IMG/VR virus record: IMGVR_UViG_3300050343_000185
DNA from: a virus
Length of the DNA: 64,000 nucleotides
Direction: 5' to 3' (one strand)
In this document: positions 1 to 10,366 of the stretch, piece by piece
Layout: each line of letters begins with the position of its first letter
Numbering within the stretch: the stretch's first letter is position 1
Notes under the pieces: model-generated
Databases searched by the model: none
Told to the model about the DNA's origin: nothing
What the model saw: the letters and a program-made list of their open reading frames with translations, nothing else
Translations under genes and position numbers: made by a program

Positions 1-707
1 CCGGTAGCGGCACGTAAAAGACCCGTATAAGCAGAATTACTAGAAAGGTCCTGACCATTCTCAAGAGCACTTTCTTCCGCAGCTGCTTTTGATTTTCTCG
101 CTAATTTATCTGTTTGTTGTCGCTGTGCCCCAGCGATCATTTTTTGCTGATTTGACTGCTCTTTAGTAGCAGAAACTAAACTCATCGTGACAAACGTTAG
201 TCTGTCAATTGCCTGAACTACTTCTTCAGATCCACCACCACTATCACCGAAAGTATCAAGGCGTTTGGTGAACATATCACCACCACCAAGATCTCTCTCC
301 ACACCAAGATTCGTAGCGCCAATATCTACAATAGAGTCGCCAAAATAACCTTCTCCTGTTATACCTCGTCTTCGCGAAACTCCAGGTGTAGCAGCACCAC
401 CAACCACATCAGGATTTACAGCAGATGCACCAGGGAGTGATCTTTGTAATGAACTCCCACCAAGCATTTTTTGTAGTGGAATTTCTGATACGTTAGTATT
501 CCCACCACCACTCAATAAATTAGTCTTACCACCAGATAAAGTTTTTTGCTCATCTAAAATATTTACTTTAGCGGCAACCATATCCGCTGTTTTTCTCTTA
601 TCGTCTATCACGATTATCTTAAAAAATCTCTGATAGCACCAACAATTTTCCCAAGATAATCTACATTACCTCTATTGTCTTGATATGATAGCGTATCCGT
701 GTGCCAT
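1..707 (-). CDS. N-terminal part of a large baseplate hub / tail-length-determinant-like protein (partial, frameshifted)
   Basis: ATG at 707 overlaps the gp51 stop (TAATG). Coding-like sequence (MAHGY..QDNRGNVDYLGKIV..) runs off the window start with indels. Product inferred from position after gp26/gp51. Confidence 0.35.
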
Positions 708-890
708 TATTGTTTAGCTGCTTCGCGAGCTTGTTTGATTTGTTCTAAGTGTTGCATCAAGAGACTAACGTAAACTTGACGCTCCCATGGTATCATGTTT
801 TCAATTTCACTCAAATTATATTTATGATGCTGCATCAAAGAAAAAATTAGTTTTATAATATCCCTCTAGCGTATTATGAAAGAGGGCTAT
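707..890 (-). CDS. gp51: baseplate hub assembly catalyst gp51-like
   Basis: Manual translation ..YYKTNFSLMQHHKYNLSEIENMIPWERQVYVSLLMQHLEQ.. (one indel). The MQHHKY..EIENM.PWER.Y motif directly after gp26 is typical. Confidence 0.8.
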
Positions 891-1600
891 CCGAAAAAAT
901 TGGATAATCCAGTAAGTACAAATTCAGATGGTACTCCAGTATTTGGATTTATTACAGTAAATTTATGTTCTAGTCTAGGACAAGATTGGAAGAATTCTTG
1001 AATTTTTTCAAATTGAGTGTTGGTAAGATTTTCTACAAATTGAACAAATTCTTTTTTTGATGTAGTAGAACTATCATATACGCCTTCAGCATCAAATATT
1101 TGATCGACACAATCAGCAATGATTTCAATAATTCCTTCAGCAGATGGAGACTGTCCCATAACTGATCCAGTAATAAAATCATTCCACTGTGGATATTTCA
1201 TGATTACACCCATATCATCAGATAGCATGATTTTATTACTATGCCCTTCTGGTTTGATAACATTAACCTCAGACAAATTCAAATTATATTGAACTTTTGT
1301 TGTATTATCATCTTTACAAGTTACTTTTATTTCAACAATTTCGCCTACAGACACAGCGCGAATTTGAAGAAAAATATACTCCAAATCAAAAATTGCTAAA
1401 TTTTCAATTTTTACTCTAGATTGAATACAACCTTTTAATGCAGTTTTTACAGCTTCTTCAATTTGTTTTTCGTCATTTGTTTCTAATGCCAAAAGAAGTA
1501 GTTTTTCTTCTTTTACGACAAATGGACGATATTTAATTTTTTTGCCATTAGACGGAATTTCCAACTCATAGGTTGGAAGCACAACTTGTGGTAATGCCAT
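887..1600 (-). CDS. gp26: baseplate hub subunit gp26
   Basis: MALP..PTYELEIPS..KYRPFVVKEEKLLL..DLEYIFLQIRAVSVGE..C motif pattern; late promoter CTAAATA just upstream. Confidence 0.9.
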   Translation of the reverse strand: MALPQVVLPTYELEIPSNGKKIKYRPFVVKEEKLLLLALETNDEKQIEEAVKTALKGCIQSRVKIENLAIFDLEYIFLQIRAVSVGEIVEIKVTCKDDNTTKVQYNLNLSEVNVIKPEGHSNKIMLSDDMGVIMKYPQWNDFITGSVMGQSPSAEGIIEIIADCVDQIFDAEGVYDSSTTSKKEFVQFVENLTNTQFEKIQEFFQSCPRLEHKFTVINPNTGVPSEFVLTGLSNFFG

Positions 1601-1701
1601 TATGTTCAGATCATATCATAATAATATTTAGTGCGACTTTTTTAAGCAAAAATGAGCGGGAAAAATTTTCCCACTTTCATGGAATTGAAAAATCAATTTT
1701 G

Positions 1702-2411
1702 CTATGCTGCGCCGCCATTAGCTCCTCTTAAATCTGCCAAACCAGTCTGTCTTTGTGCCTCTGATAAAATAGTACCTTCCAGTAATGGTTTTAAATTCTT
1801 GATTCCAATGGTATTTCCTGTTACCGCAGTAATATCTCTATTAATAGTGTAGTGTCTCTGATATTTAAACTGAGCAGTAACTTTAGTAATTTGAGAAGAT
1901 CCAAACTGAAGTGGGATAGCATCAACGGCATATGGATATGCCTTCTCCATAACATATGTGATTGGTTTTCTTTGTGTTGGTGAATCTGGACCAGATTCAG
2001 TTTTAGTAATGTTTATAGTGCTAGCATAATCTATCTTTATATGCTAGTCTAGTCGATCGGTTTTCAAGATAAGTTCCACTTTCAATAAAACCAGTTTCAT
2101 TAAAAATAGATCCATACCACAAATTCAAAGATTTCAAAAGATTCAAATTAGCATCCAACATAAAAGAAAGTTGAAATTCAGTAAAGACCCTAGTATGGGG
2201 ATAATCTACAGATCCCAATCCAACATAAAGACCATTTTGTGTCCCAGTAGCAGTATTTACATTTGGTAATTGTGCTTCATCACAGAAAAATTCAACCGCT
2301 TCTGAATTAAAATACTGCCGCAGCAGGTCCTTCAAAACTAACCACAAAGTTATTACTAAATGACATACCGCCATTTTTTGCAACTGTGCTTAAGAATCTA
2401 TTGATTGACAC
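1702..2411 (-). CDS. gp54: baseplate tail-tube initiator gp54-like (tail-tube fold), frameshifted
   Basis: GTG start at 2411 (SINRFL..GGMSFSNNFVV), then FFCDEAQLPNV and AYPYAVDAIPLQFGSSQITKVTAQFKY, spread over ORFs 2021-2383 and 1702-1950. Confidence 0.65.
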
Positions 2412-2442
2412 ACTAAATACCTATGTTGGTCCTTCTATATTT

Positions 2443-2874
2443 ATGGCGTACTCAGGATTTTACAAACCTAAAAATCCTACTAAGTACCGTGGCAATCCTT
2501 CAAACATAGTTTATAGGTCGCTATGGGAACGTAAGTTCATGGTGTTCTGTGATAGTAATCCCTCAATAATCGAATGGGGTAGCGAAGAGATAATTATTCC
2601 CTATCGCGCACCCGATGGTAAAGTAAGACGATATTTCCCTGACTTTTACATTAAAGTAAAAGAAAAGAGTGGAAAACTTACTAAGTATATTATTGAGATC
2701 AAACCCAAAAAGCAAACTCAACCACCGAATGAGAAAAACAAAAAAACTGCTGCCTATCGTAATGCCGCACTGACTTATGTAAAGAACCAAACTAAATGGT
2801 CCGCTGCGAGAGAGTATTGTGAAGACAGGCAGATGAACTTCTTAATACTAACCGAAGATCACTTAGGAGTCTAA
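2443..2874 (+). CDS. gp4: head completion nuclease-like protein gp4
   Basis: MAYSG.YKPKNPTKYRG.P.NIVYRSLWERKFM..WGSEE..IPY..RYFPDF..IEIKP. Confidence 0.92.
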   Translation: MAYSGFYKPKNPTKYRGNPSNIVYRSLWERKFMVFCDSNPSIIEWGSEEIIIPYRAPDGKVRRYFPDFYIKVKEKSGKLTKYIIEIKPKKQTQPPNEKNKKTAAYRNAALTYVKNQTKWSAAREYCEDRQMNFLILTEDHLGV

Positions 2875-2875
2875 A

Positions 2876-3566
2876 ATGGCAACCGGATTTGCGTCAGTCC
2901 AACGTAATAATACAAACAAGGACCCAGGATACAAGACATTATTTGAAAGAGTGAGTGCTTCTACAGGAGGAGAAAAGAAATCTCTTTCTTGGTATAGATC
3001 TGCAGTAAAAGCAGAAGCAAGTAAATACAAAAAGAATTTTAACAAGTACATCTTAGACGAAAAGAAAGATCGTGCTGGTGCTGTTAAAGAACAAGATAAG
3101 AATGAACTGCGTAGATATGCAGTAGCAGGTCATCTGTATATGTTTGAGTATAAGGCAAAGATGAAGTGGCTTGCCTTACTATGATAGATTTCCTTTGGTG
3201 TATTGTTTTAAAGCACCAGGAAAGCATGAATTTTGGGGTGCTAACTTACACTACCTCTCCCCAAAGAAAAGATTGATTGTTACAAAGAAATTGATGCAAG
3301 GCAGAGTTGACATACCTAAGATATGTTTCCATAAATATCTCAGTAGTCATGTAGATGGATTATATCTTGACCTTGCTGCAGATGAATGGGACACTGCTAT
3401 TCTTTTGCCGACCGAGGATTATGTGAAAAATGTTAACGGAAGAGATTTTCCTATCGATAAAAAAATCGTATGGGAAGAGACCGATGACAAATTCTACGAT
3501 AAAATCTCAGGTCAAAGAATGATTAAAGGATATGGTAGCAAGCAGTCTAAGGAGATGGCAAAGTAA
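2876..3566 (+). CDS. gp2: DNA end protector protein gp2 (frameshift near 3175)
   Basis: SLSWYR..GHLYMFEYKAK + PYYDRFPLVY..FWGANLHYL..FHKYL..EW..AILLPTE across two overlapping ORFs. Confidence 0.85.
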
Positions 3567-4725
3567 TGAGTAATTTTCTTGGCGGTCCTATTGGTGGTTC
3601 CGCAGACACACCATTGGTTTATAATCCACCTACAGAACCAGGTAACGAAGGAGATATAAAGTCTACAGCATCTGGAAATATAAATGGGAAACCAGTAGTA
3701 ACCTTCTACAAATTTACTAATGGCAAGTGGGAACGACTCAAAGATGGAGACGCAGCTGCGGAACAAGCTATTGCTGCTAATTCATCTAGATTGAGAGGGG
3801 TTGCCAGAAGCATCATTACCCTCTGCCGGTGGTTCTTTACGATACCCAAATAAAGATATAAATGAAAACGGTGATTATGTTCTTTTTAAGTTCAAAAAAT
3901 ATCAAGCACCATTTGGCGACAGAAAAAAAGTAGATGTTGAAGGTGGAAATGGTAAGGTATATGATTATAACCAGTCTAATGAATATGTTCCCGCAGGAGA
4001 AGACTACAAAACAATCATAATGTATATGCCAGAAGATATTTCTACTGGATTTAAAGCAAACTGGGGAGGAAAAGCATTTTCAAACATAGGTGCAGGATTA
4101 CTCGTAGGTCTTGGAGCTGGAGATGCAGGCAGCAAATTGAAGAGTTTGGGCGAATCGGCAAGCTCACAGTTTGATACTTTATTACCAAAGGGAGGAGCTG
4201 CTGCTATTCAAAAAGCAATTACAAAGATAACTGGTGATACCATATCAAACAATGATATTTTTGGTAGCATTTCTGGAGCAGTTTTAAATCCAAATGTAGA
4301 ACTTTTATTTGATAGCATAGACATGAGAAATTTTAATCTCAAGTTTAAGTTAGTTCCTAGAAATTCAGATGAATCTGCTATTATTAATGAAATATGTAAA
4401 ATATTTAAAATGTGTACACTTCCTGGCAGAAATCCAGGAAAAGTTTTTGGATTTGAAAATAAAGGAACCGCTAATGATTTTCATAGCGGTTCCAAATTTA
4501 TGTCAAGTTTCTTTCATGAGAGGACCAAAGGAACACCAAGCTCTTCCTAGATATAAAATGTGTGCTATTACTAATGTTGATGTAAACTACACACCTGATG
4601 GAGCTTACGCTACATATGCAGATAGCAAAAATCCAGGTCAACCAGTTGCTATTGAATTAGCAATAGGTTTCCAAGAAACAAAACTTGTATTCTCAGACGA
4701 AATCGCAGACAACTCAGTAAGATAA
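3566..4725 (+). CDS. gp48: baseplate tail-tube cap gp48 (frameshifted)
   Basis: LRYP..DYVLFKF..IIMYMPEDIST..NPNVELLFD....R.F...FKLVPRN..ES..I..I + CAITNVDVNYTPDG..F.E in three overlapping ORFs. Confidence 0.8.
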
Positions 4726-4726
4726 A

Positions 4727-5356
4727 ATGTATTTTTCAATTGTTCCAAACATCTCATACGATGAGAAACCAATTAGTTATCCATTTTCAAATTCGGATTT
4801 TGTAACTGCCAAGAATTTCTTTCGTAGATACAGAATTAACGATGACATATTTTCTTATGCTGTCATTTTTAAGAAGTATTCAATTGAAGACGGCGAACGT
4901 CCAGATACTTTAGCAGAAAAAGCATACGGAGATCCATTCTATGATTGGGTTATCATTCTAACAAATAATATGGTCAACGTCCAATATGATTGGCCAATGA
5001 CAAACTATGAGATGTATAAGATTCTAGAAAAAGAATACGATGATCCGTATGGAACTATTCATCACTATGAAACAGACGAGATTGGACCATACAAAAAGGG
5101 TCAACATGTTGATGAGACATTCTACAATACAACACACAAACTAAACATTGACGGCGCTATCACAACAAAAAACGGCAACGAGATTTGTGGTCCCGTCACC
5201 GTTGCTGAGTGGTATAATAATGAGAATGAAAAGAAGAGAGAAATCTTTTTACTGAAACCTGCATATCTAGAATCATTTGTTAATGATTTCAGGAGACAAA
5301 ATTTATACAAAAAAGACGCTAACTTTATTAGTCAGCGTCTAAAGAAAACTGGTTGA
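4727..5356 (+). CDS. gp53: baseplate wedge subunit gp53
   Basis: MYFS..PNI.Y..KNFFRR..Y.IEDGERPD.LA..YGDPFYDWVIILTNN..DWP..HHYET..NE.KR.I.LLKP. Confidence 0.9.
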   Translation: MYFSIVPNISYDEKPISYPFSNSDFVTAKNFFRRYRINDDIFSYAVIFKKYSIEDGERPDTLAEKAYGDPFYDWVIILTNNMVNVQYDWPMTNYEMYKILEKEYDDPYGTIHHYETDEIGPYKKGQHVDETFYNTTHKLNIDGAITTKNGNEICGPVTVAEWYNNENEKKREIFLLKPAYLESFVNDFRRQNLYKKDANFISQRLKKTG

Positions 5357-5396
5357 CTTTTTCAGGCAAAAAAATGCTAGAAAAATTTTCCCAGTT

Positions 5397-5606
5397 TTAT
5401 CGTTTTGAAAAACCCATTTTGTAGCAAGCAGATGTTGCTAGTTTTGGATTCTTTTTCAATACTCTGTAAGCATGACCGTGAACGTCTGCTTCTAAAGTAA
5501 GGTGTGCTTTAGTATGCACGAACTGAATCACAAACAGCATCCCAACAAACGTAAGGTTTAGATAAGTCACTGGGTGATTCAGACCTTTCCAAAGAAACTT
5601 AATCAA
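5397..5606 (-). CDS. small membrane-anchored hypothetical protein
   Basis: 69-aa ORF with one hydrophobic segment; overlaps the gp32 stop. Confidence 0.6.
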   Translation of the reverse strand: MIKFLWKGLNHPVTYLNLTFVGMLFVIQFVHTKAHLTLEADVHGHAYRVLKKNPKLATSACYKMGFSKR

Positions 5607-6506
5607 TCCTCAGCAAGACGTGCGAAGTATGACAGTGCATCGTCATCATCAACGACTGCTTCCTGCTTGACAGGAGAAGGAGCAGATGCAGTGATGTCAG
5701 AGTCGTTGAACCCACCAGTTGTTACCACTGGTTCGTACTCCTCATCATCAACAGAGGGACGTGTAACAGGACGTTGCCCAATACCAAGCACCATGTTCAG
5801 ACGACGCTCAAGATCCTCATAGGACTTGAAGTTTTCCTTAGAAGTGAATGCTTCCAGGGAGTGCTCTGACTTCCAGGTTGCTTCCAGCACGTCATCATCT
5901 GCACTGAGAGCAGAGACATTATCAAACTCAGAACTATCGTAGTTCCAATAACCTGCGACCTTCTTGATCTTCAGTTTGAAGTTAGCACCTTCCCAAAGAT
6001 CAAAGACGTTTACTGGTTCTTCATCTTGGAACTCAGGTTGCATAGCAGCGAGGATCTTGTCGTGGATCTTCTTGCCATACTTGTAGAGGAATACACGACC
6101 CTCATTCTCAGGGTGCTTAGGATCCTTCACAACATAGATGTTGCTGTAGTAGGAGAGCTTACGCTTCTGCTTACGTGCAGTTTCTTTATCTGCATCATCA
6201 CCGCTGTTCCAGAGACGGCGGTTCACTTCACCAACGGGATCCTTATCGTTGAGTGTAGTCAGGGAGTTTTCGATGTACCAACCACCAACACCTTGGAAGG
6301 CGTGGGAGTACAGTTTTGCCCATGGGATGGTCTCACCATCAGGGGCGGGGAGGAAACGGATAACAGCGTATCCATTTCCAGAAGCGTCAACCTCTGGTTT
6401 CCAGAATCGTCTCATCAACGTTCTTACCGCTGGATGATTTCTCTAGTTCCTTCTGTAGGAAGTCAAAGTTGGTCTGGGATTTACGCTTAAGGTCTGAAAA
6501 AGACAT
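5603..6506 (-). CDS. gp32: single-stranded DNA-binding protein gp32 (indel near 6420)
   Basis: MSFSDLKRKS..RFWKPEVDASGNGYAVIRFLP..HAFQGVGGWYIENSLTT..acidic tail DDDALSYFARLAED. Confidence 0.95.
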
Positions 6507-6581
6507 AGATTCTTTTGGATTAAATTGGATTTGGTTTACGTGTTGGGTCTTACGCTTAATACTGTGCTGCCCAACGAAGTT

Positions 6582-6610
6582 ATTATAACAGGTGATGGAG
6601 TGGGTGTCAA
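6582..6610 (-). promoter_or_regulatory. sigma70-type early promoter of gp32
   Basis: TTGACA (6610-6605), 17 nt, TATAAT (6587-6582): perfect consensus. Confidence 0.85.
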
Positions 6611-6969
6611 CTCTTTGGTTTCCAGTCTGGTGGTCCCTCACCATTTTCAAAACGAGTCTTGAGAATTTGAACTTTCTCCAACAACTCATCAAACATCTGC
6701 TCGATGGGTGTACCAGGTGTTGCACCTAGCATAACAACGCCTTGCTTCATTGTCTCAAGGACAGAGACAGCTTCAGGATCGTCACTCAACTTGATGCGAG
6801 CATAAAAGATCTTTTGTTTTTCAATAAGAGTTGCTAGAGTATCAAAGTATTCCAGTTTACGTTCTTCATCGAGAAGAGCAAAGTTCATAGCAGATCTAAA
6901 ACAATACTGCTGGAGTTCCATCATCTCCTGGATATCTCCTCGGATGATTTCTGATTTAAAGAAGCTCAT
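6607..6969 (-). CDS. conserved cyanophage protein (DUF1825-like)
   Basis: MSFFKSEII..LIEKQKIFYARIKLSDDPEA pattern; usual position between gp33 and gp32. Confidence 0.7.
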   Translation of the reverse strand: MSFFKSEIIRGDIQEMMELQQYCFRSAMNFALLDEERKLEYFDTLATLIEKQKIFYARIKLSDDPEAVSVLETMKQGVVMLGATPGTPIEQMFDELLEKVQILKTRFENGEGPPDWKPKS

Positions 6970-7222
6970 ACTAATGTTAACTTGGCACGACTGGTTTTTT
7001 TCATAAAGTTAAGTTGCTGTGCGTCATGACGCAACTTTTCCTTCAGTGGTTTGCTGATCAACTTATTGATAGCTATCTACTTCAATCTCATTCACTTCAC
7101 AGTAGTGGATAACCGAATCAATATAGTTCATGTCGGGATTGTGTAACAGCAATCTTCTCCACCTCCTGCGAAAATCTCGCAGCAGTCATAAACTTATCCT
7201 CTAATAATTGTTTCTTGTCCAT
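6966..7222 (-). CDS. gp33: late promoter transcription coactivator gp33 (frameshifted, not in ORF track)
   Basis: Manual repair gives MDKKQLLEDKFMTAARFSQEVEKI..MNYIDSVIHYCEVNEIEVD..KLISKPLKEKLRHDAQQLNFMKKTSRAKL. Confidence 0.8.
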
Positions 7223-7889
7223 GTTGTTCTTGATACTCCGAGATATAACTCATTAGTTTCATAAAGAATTCTTTCTTAGGTGGAAGCACCTTAACTTGAG
7301 TCTCTCCGTTTTCACAAGCAACAATAGTTACGAGTTGTTTGACACTCAACCCGTAGTTTTCTTGTAGCATACATGCATATGCAGTTTCTTGAACGAAGTA
7401 ATCGTAAAGATATTTCTCACGCTTTGGTTCAGCAGCAGTCTTGAAGTCAATGATAGACAACACACCGTCAAACTCAGCGATACAATCTACTCGCCCTGCA
7501 ATCTCCAAATGTTTAGAGTAGAGCGCCGCTTCCTGTAAGTAAATATTATTTATACGGTCCAAAGTAGGGCGACTATGATGGAACATTAGTACAGGAAGTG
7601 GGTGCGATTTATACTTCTTCAGGTCTAGATCATTATTAAAGTAGTCTTCAGCAATAGAGTGATACTTTGTGCCACGACCAGTAGCACGAGTTGTCTTAGC
7701 ATTTGCTGCCTTCTCGCCAACGCGAGCTCGCCACTTAGCAATGCCTGCTTTCTTTGCTGCGTTGTTGCCAATCACAGTGGTGACAGATGGATAGTGATGT
7801 CCTGTTGGTGTAAGATAAACACGTTTGCCCCCCACCATTTCAGCAGACATTTCAATAGGATCTAGTCCCACATGATTGAACAGTTTCAT
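7194..7889 (-). CDS. PD-(D/E)XK exonuclease (Cas4-like phage exonuclease)
   Basis: YPSVTTV..RGTKYH..E..LYS..IAGRVDCIAEFDG.LSIIDFKT..YFVQ..AYA. Confidence 0.88.
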   Translation of the reverse strand: MKLFNHVGLDPIEMSAEMVGGKRVYLTPTGHHYPSVTTVIGNNAAKKAGIAKWRARVGEKAANAKTTRATGRGTKYHSIAEDYFNNDLDLKKYKSHPLPVLMFHHSRPTLDRINNIYLQEAALYSKHLEIAGRVDCIAEFDGVLSIIDFKTAAEPKREKYLYDYFVQETAYACMLQENYGLSVKQLVTIVACENGETQVKVLPPKKEFFMKLMSYISEYQEQHGQETIIRG

Positions 7890-8641
7890 AGACCTAGATT
7901 AATTTTGTTAATGATGTAAGATTTGACGAGACCAGAGCGAACGATATCTTCCACACCAAACTCAACCAGTGAGAACTCATCCATGTTTTGTAGGATGCGT
8001 TGGAAGTCTAGGATACCTGAACGTTCAGAGATCTTTTGAAGGTCAGTTTGTGCTGCGTCTCCACAGAAAATGATCTTGCTGTCTTGTCCCACACGAGTGA
8101 TGATTGAATCAAGTTCGTGGAAGTTTAGGTTCTGACACTCATCAATGATAACGATAGCATTGTCTAGTGTAGTACCACGTATGAAACTAGTAGACCAGAA
8201 GGAGATAGTTTCCTGTGCCTTCAGGTTATCATAGAGCATTTCATATGATGCATCGTCTGGCATCTCAAACATGGATTGAACCATGTTCTTGTATGGTATC
8301 TGATAGAGAGAAGACTTATCCTCGTGGTCTCCAGGAAGGAAACCAATCTCCCTAGTAGCGACAAGAGAGCGGACAATATAGATCTTTTCAAAAGGTGTAT
8401 ACTCATTGAGTACATCCTTGAGTGCTTTGTAAAGAGCAACATATGTTTTGCCTGTGCCTGCGACACCGTAGGCATAGACCATCTTACCTTTGTCCCACTA
8501 GGCATCAAACATGATTTGTTGATTGTGAGTGAGAGGTTCGATTGGAACCATGTATGCTTCATCAATAGGCTTACGACGCTTCCTCTGCTTCGCATTCATA
8601 CCTTGTCCAGGTGCTTTAGTAGTCTTCTTTCTAGCTGGCAT
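7886..8641 (-). CDS. phoH: PhoH-family ATPase (in-frame TAG at 8498-8500)
   Basis: IEPLTHNQ..G.AGTGKTY..RSLVATREIGFLPG..RGTTLDNAIVIIDECQN..IIFCGD..DIVRSGLV. Confidence 0.92.
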
Positions 8642-8642
8642 G

Positions 8643-8906
8643 TCAGTTATACTTTTGTGTGATGGTTCTGTTTCTTGGTGCCTTAGGAGCAATCTTATTC
8701 TTCATTATATCATGAAAACCAGGATGTGTTCTACTCATCTTGTCTCTCCATTCACCAACTTCACCTGATCCAGGACACGTAGATGGATCACTCCAATCTC
8801 GTTTCCAATCAGGATTATCTTCACACCATTGTGTCCACTCATGAACACTGATTACAAGATCCTTTTGTTCACCAGTTTCTTTATTAATCACTGGGTAAGT
8901 CGCCAT
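8643..8906 (-). CDS. conserved T4-like phage hypothetical protein
   Basis: MATYPVINKETGE..W..DNPDW.RDWSDP ORF, translationally adjacent to phoH. Confidence 0.7.
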   Translation of the reverse strand: MATYPVINKETGEQKDLVISVHEWTQWCEDNPDWKRDWSDPSTCPGSGEVGEWRDKMSRTHPGFHDIMKNKIAPKAPRNRTITQKYN

Positions 8907-9120
8907 CGTCTCCCTCCTTTACTTTATTAAATCCAAATGGACCTGCTCCCTTTTCTTCGAGTGCTAGCTTCAGTGCAACACCACCAATTGCTTCCATAAC
9001 TTTAATGACTTGCTCAGGTTTGGCATCCTCACCAAGTTCTTTGGCAACGTACCAATACTTAGGCCAAAATGTTTGACCTGCTAATTCATAATCTTCTAAC
9101 GTTAATAGTTTCATGTCCAC
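8884..9120 (-). CDS. conserved cyanophage hypothetical protein
   Basis: 78-aa ORF (LLTLEDY..FWPKYWYVAKELGE) overlapping both neighbours in operon fashion. Confidence 0.65.
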   Translation of the reverse strand: MDMKLLTLEDYELAGQTFWPKYWYVAKELGEDAKPEQVIKVMEAIGGVALKLALEEKGAGPFGFNKVKEGDDGDLPSD

Positions 9121-9762
9121 TCCAGTGCTTCAGCACAAATAGGTAATTCATTTACAAATACATCGCGACATTGTTGAGCGATATCCATGTGTTCTTTCTG
9201 TGTTCCATGAGCAGAACGCAGATCGATATAGTGCATCCACGAACGAACTGATCCGCTCATGTAGATTTTTGTGGGCACCGCCAAAGGAAGCACAAATCTA
9301 GCACATTCCTTTGCCACACCTATGATCAAGCATAGTCTGGTATAGATCCATAGCAGAAGCAAAGTGCCTCTCGATAGCAATCTCAAACTCTTGCTTATGA
9401 AAAGCATCTAAATCATCAGTAGAATTCTGACGATTCTTTGTATCCTGACGACGTAAATCAGGTAGAGGAATACGATCTGCTAGCATAGAACTATCAGCAT
9501 ACCGTTGAGAAAACTCTTGGAATGTGAAAGATCTATGCCTCAGGATCTGAGCTGCGATTCCGCGATTCGTTTCTATCTCTAGTGTCATGAACGCTTGTTC
9601 AAATACAGACCAGTGATTATGTTTGATACAATAACTAAGGAGTCCCGATACTTTGGGGTTGTCCTGATTGTTCGGGTTGCTCACCCTCGCTACGTACCCC
9701 ATCATCTTCTCCGCTTCTGGAGTTATAGAGACTAGACGGACTGACCCATGTTGTTGCTTCAT
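9111..9762 (-). CDS. thyX: flavin-dependent thymidylate synthase (frameshift near 9350)
   Basis: ARVSNP..HWSVFE..AAQILRHRSFTFQEFSQRY (ThyX RHRxxSxxExSQRY motif) + KECARFVLP..YMSGSVRSWMHYIDLR..TQKEH. Confidence 0.93.
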
Positions 9763-9928
9763 TCTTGAATCCTTTGCTCATCATTTCACGTTTTTTCTTG
9801 AGACCTAACTTCGCAGCACGTAACTGCAGTCGCATGTAATGGATCTCTTCATCAGTATACATCATCGGATTCTTATCCGCAAGCTTAATCGCTTTCTTTG
9901 CTACTTTAATTGTGTCTTTAAACCTCAA
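9635..9928 (-). CDS. hypothetical protein overlapping the thyX start
   Basis: 97-aa Lys-rich ORF; start overlaps the stop of the upstream ORF. Confidence 0.55.
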   Translation of the reverse strand: MRFKDTIKVAKKAIKLADKNPMMYTDEEIHYMRLQLRAAKLGLKKKREMMSKGFKNEATTWVSPSSLYNSRSGEDDGVRSEGEQPEQSGQPQSIGTP

Positions 9929-10128
9929 TTGGTTACCTCTTCTAAGTATTGAAGAAATGCTTTCTCAGCACCCTCCGTTGATTTATTGCCCTGGGATACC
10001 CAATGATGACAGAATTCATACAGATGCTTTCCTGTTTTTAATTTCAAATAATGTTTCAATTTAATAAACACATCAGCACGAAGAAGCATACGTTCATCGC
10101 TGTATCTCCAATCAGATTCAATATCCAT
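9925..10128 (-). CDS. conserved cyanophage hypothetical protein
   Basis: DWRYSDERMLLR..LYEFCHHWVSQGN; late-promoter-like CATAAATA just upstream. Confidence 0.65.
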   Translation of the reverse strand: MDIESDWRYSDERMLLRADVFIKLKHYLKLKTGKHLYEFCHHWVSQGNKSTEGAEKAFLQYLEEVTN

Positions 10129-10151
10129 ATATTTATGGGTAGTATCAACAC

Positions 10152-10186
10152 ATCATAGCACAAAAAAAGAGGGGTCGCAACCCCTC
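10152..10186 (-). terminator. intrinsic terminator fused with a sigma70 promoter
   Basis: GAGGGG-TTGCGA-CCCCTC-T7. The loop hexamer TTGCGA is 17 nt from TATGAT (10157-10152). Confidence 0.75.
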
Positions 10187-10195
10187 GTGATGATG

Positions 10196-10366
10196 TTATG
10201 CTAAGATTCTCCTACAAATACGTTTACATAATGACTGACCTTCTCGACATTCGATTAAGCATTCATAGTATTCATTAATTGTTTCTAGTTCCTCTTGTGA
10301 TTGTTTTACGGATGATTCAAAATTTCTCCACTCATGTAGTTGATTGAATGGTATTAAATTATGCAT
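10196..10366 (-). CDS. 56-aa Cys-rich small protein (not in ORF track)
   Basis: MHNLIPFNQLHEW..EYYECLIECREGQSLCKRICRRILA; strong SD GGAGG at 10377-10373. Confidence 0.75.
   Translation of the reverse strand: MHNLIPFNQLHEWRNFESSVKQSQEELETINEYYECLIECREGQSLCKRICRRILA

Noticed and set aside
7194-7889. Cas4 / CRISPR system
   Set aside because: This is a standard T4-like phage exonuclease. No repeat-spacer array or other cas genes were seen anywhere in the window.
8498-8500. In-frame TAG in phoH suggesting amber recoding or readthrough
   Set aside because: Many genes here end normally in TAG, no suppressor tRNA is present (the Leu tRNA anticodon TAG reads CTA), and the sequence is error-rich. 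Most likely an insertion artefact.
10196-10366. CP12 Calvin-cycle inhibitor
   Set aside because: The Cys spacing differs and it lacks the AWD.VEEL and C-terminal C...P...EC..YDD signatures.
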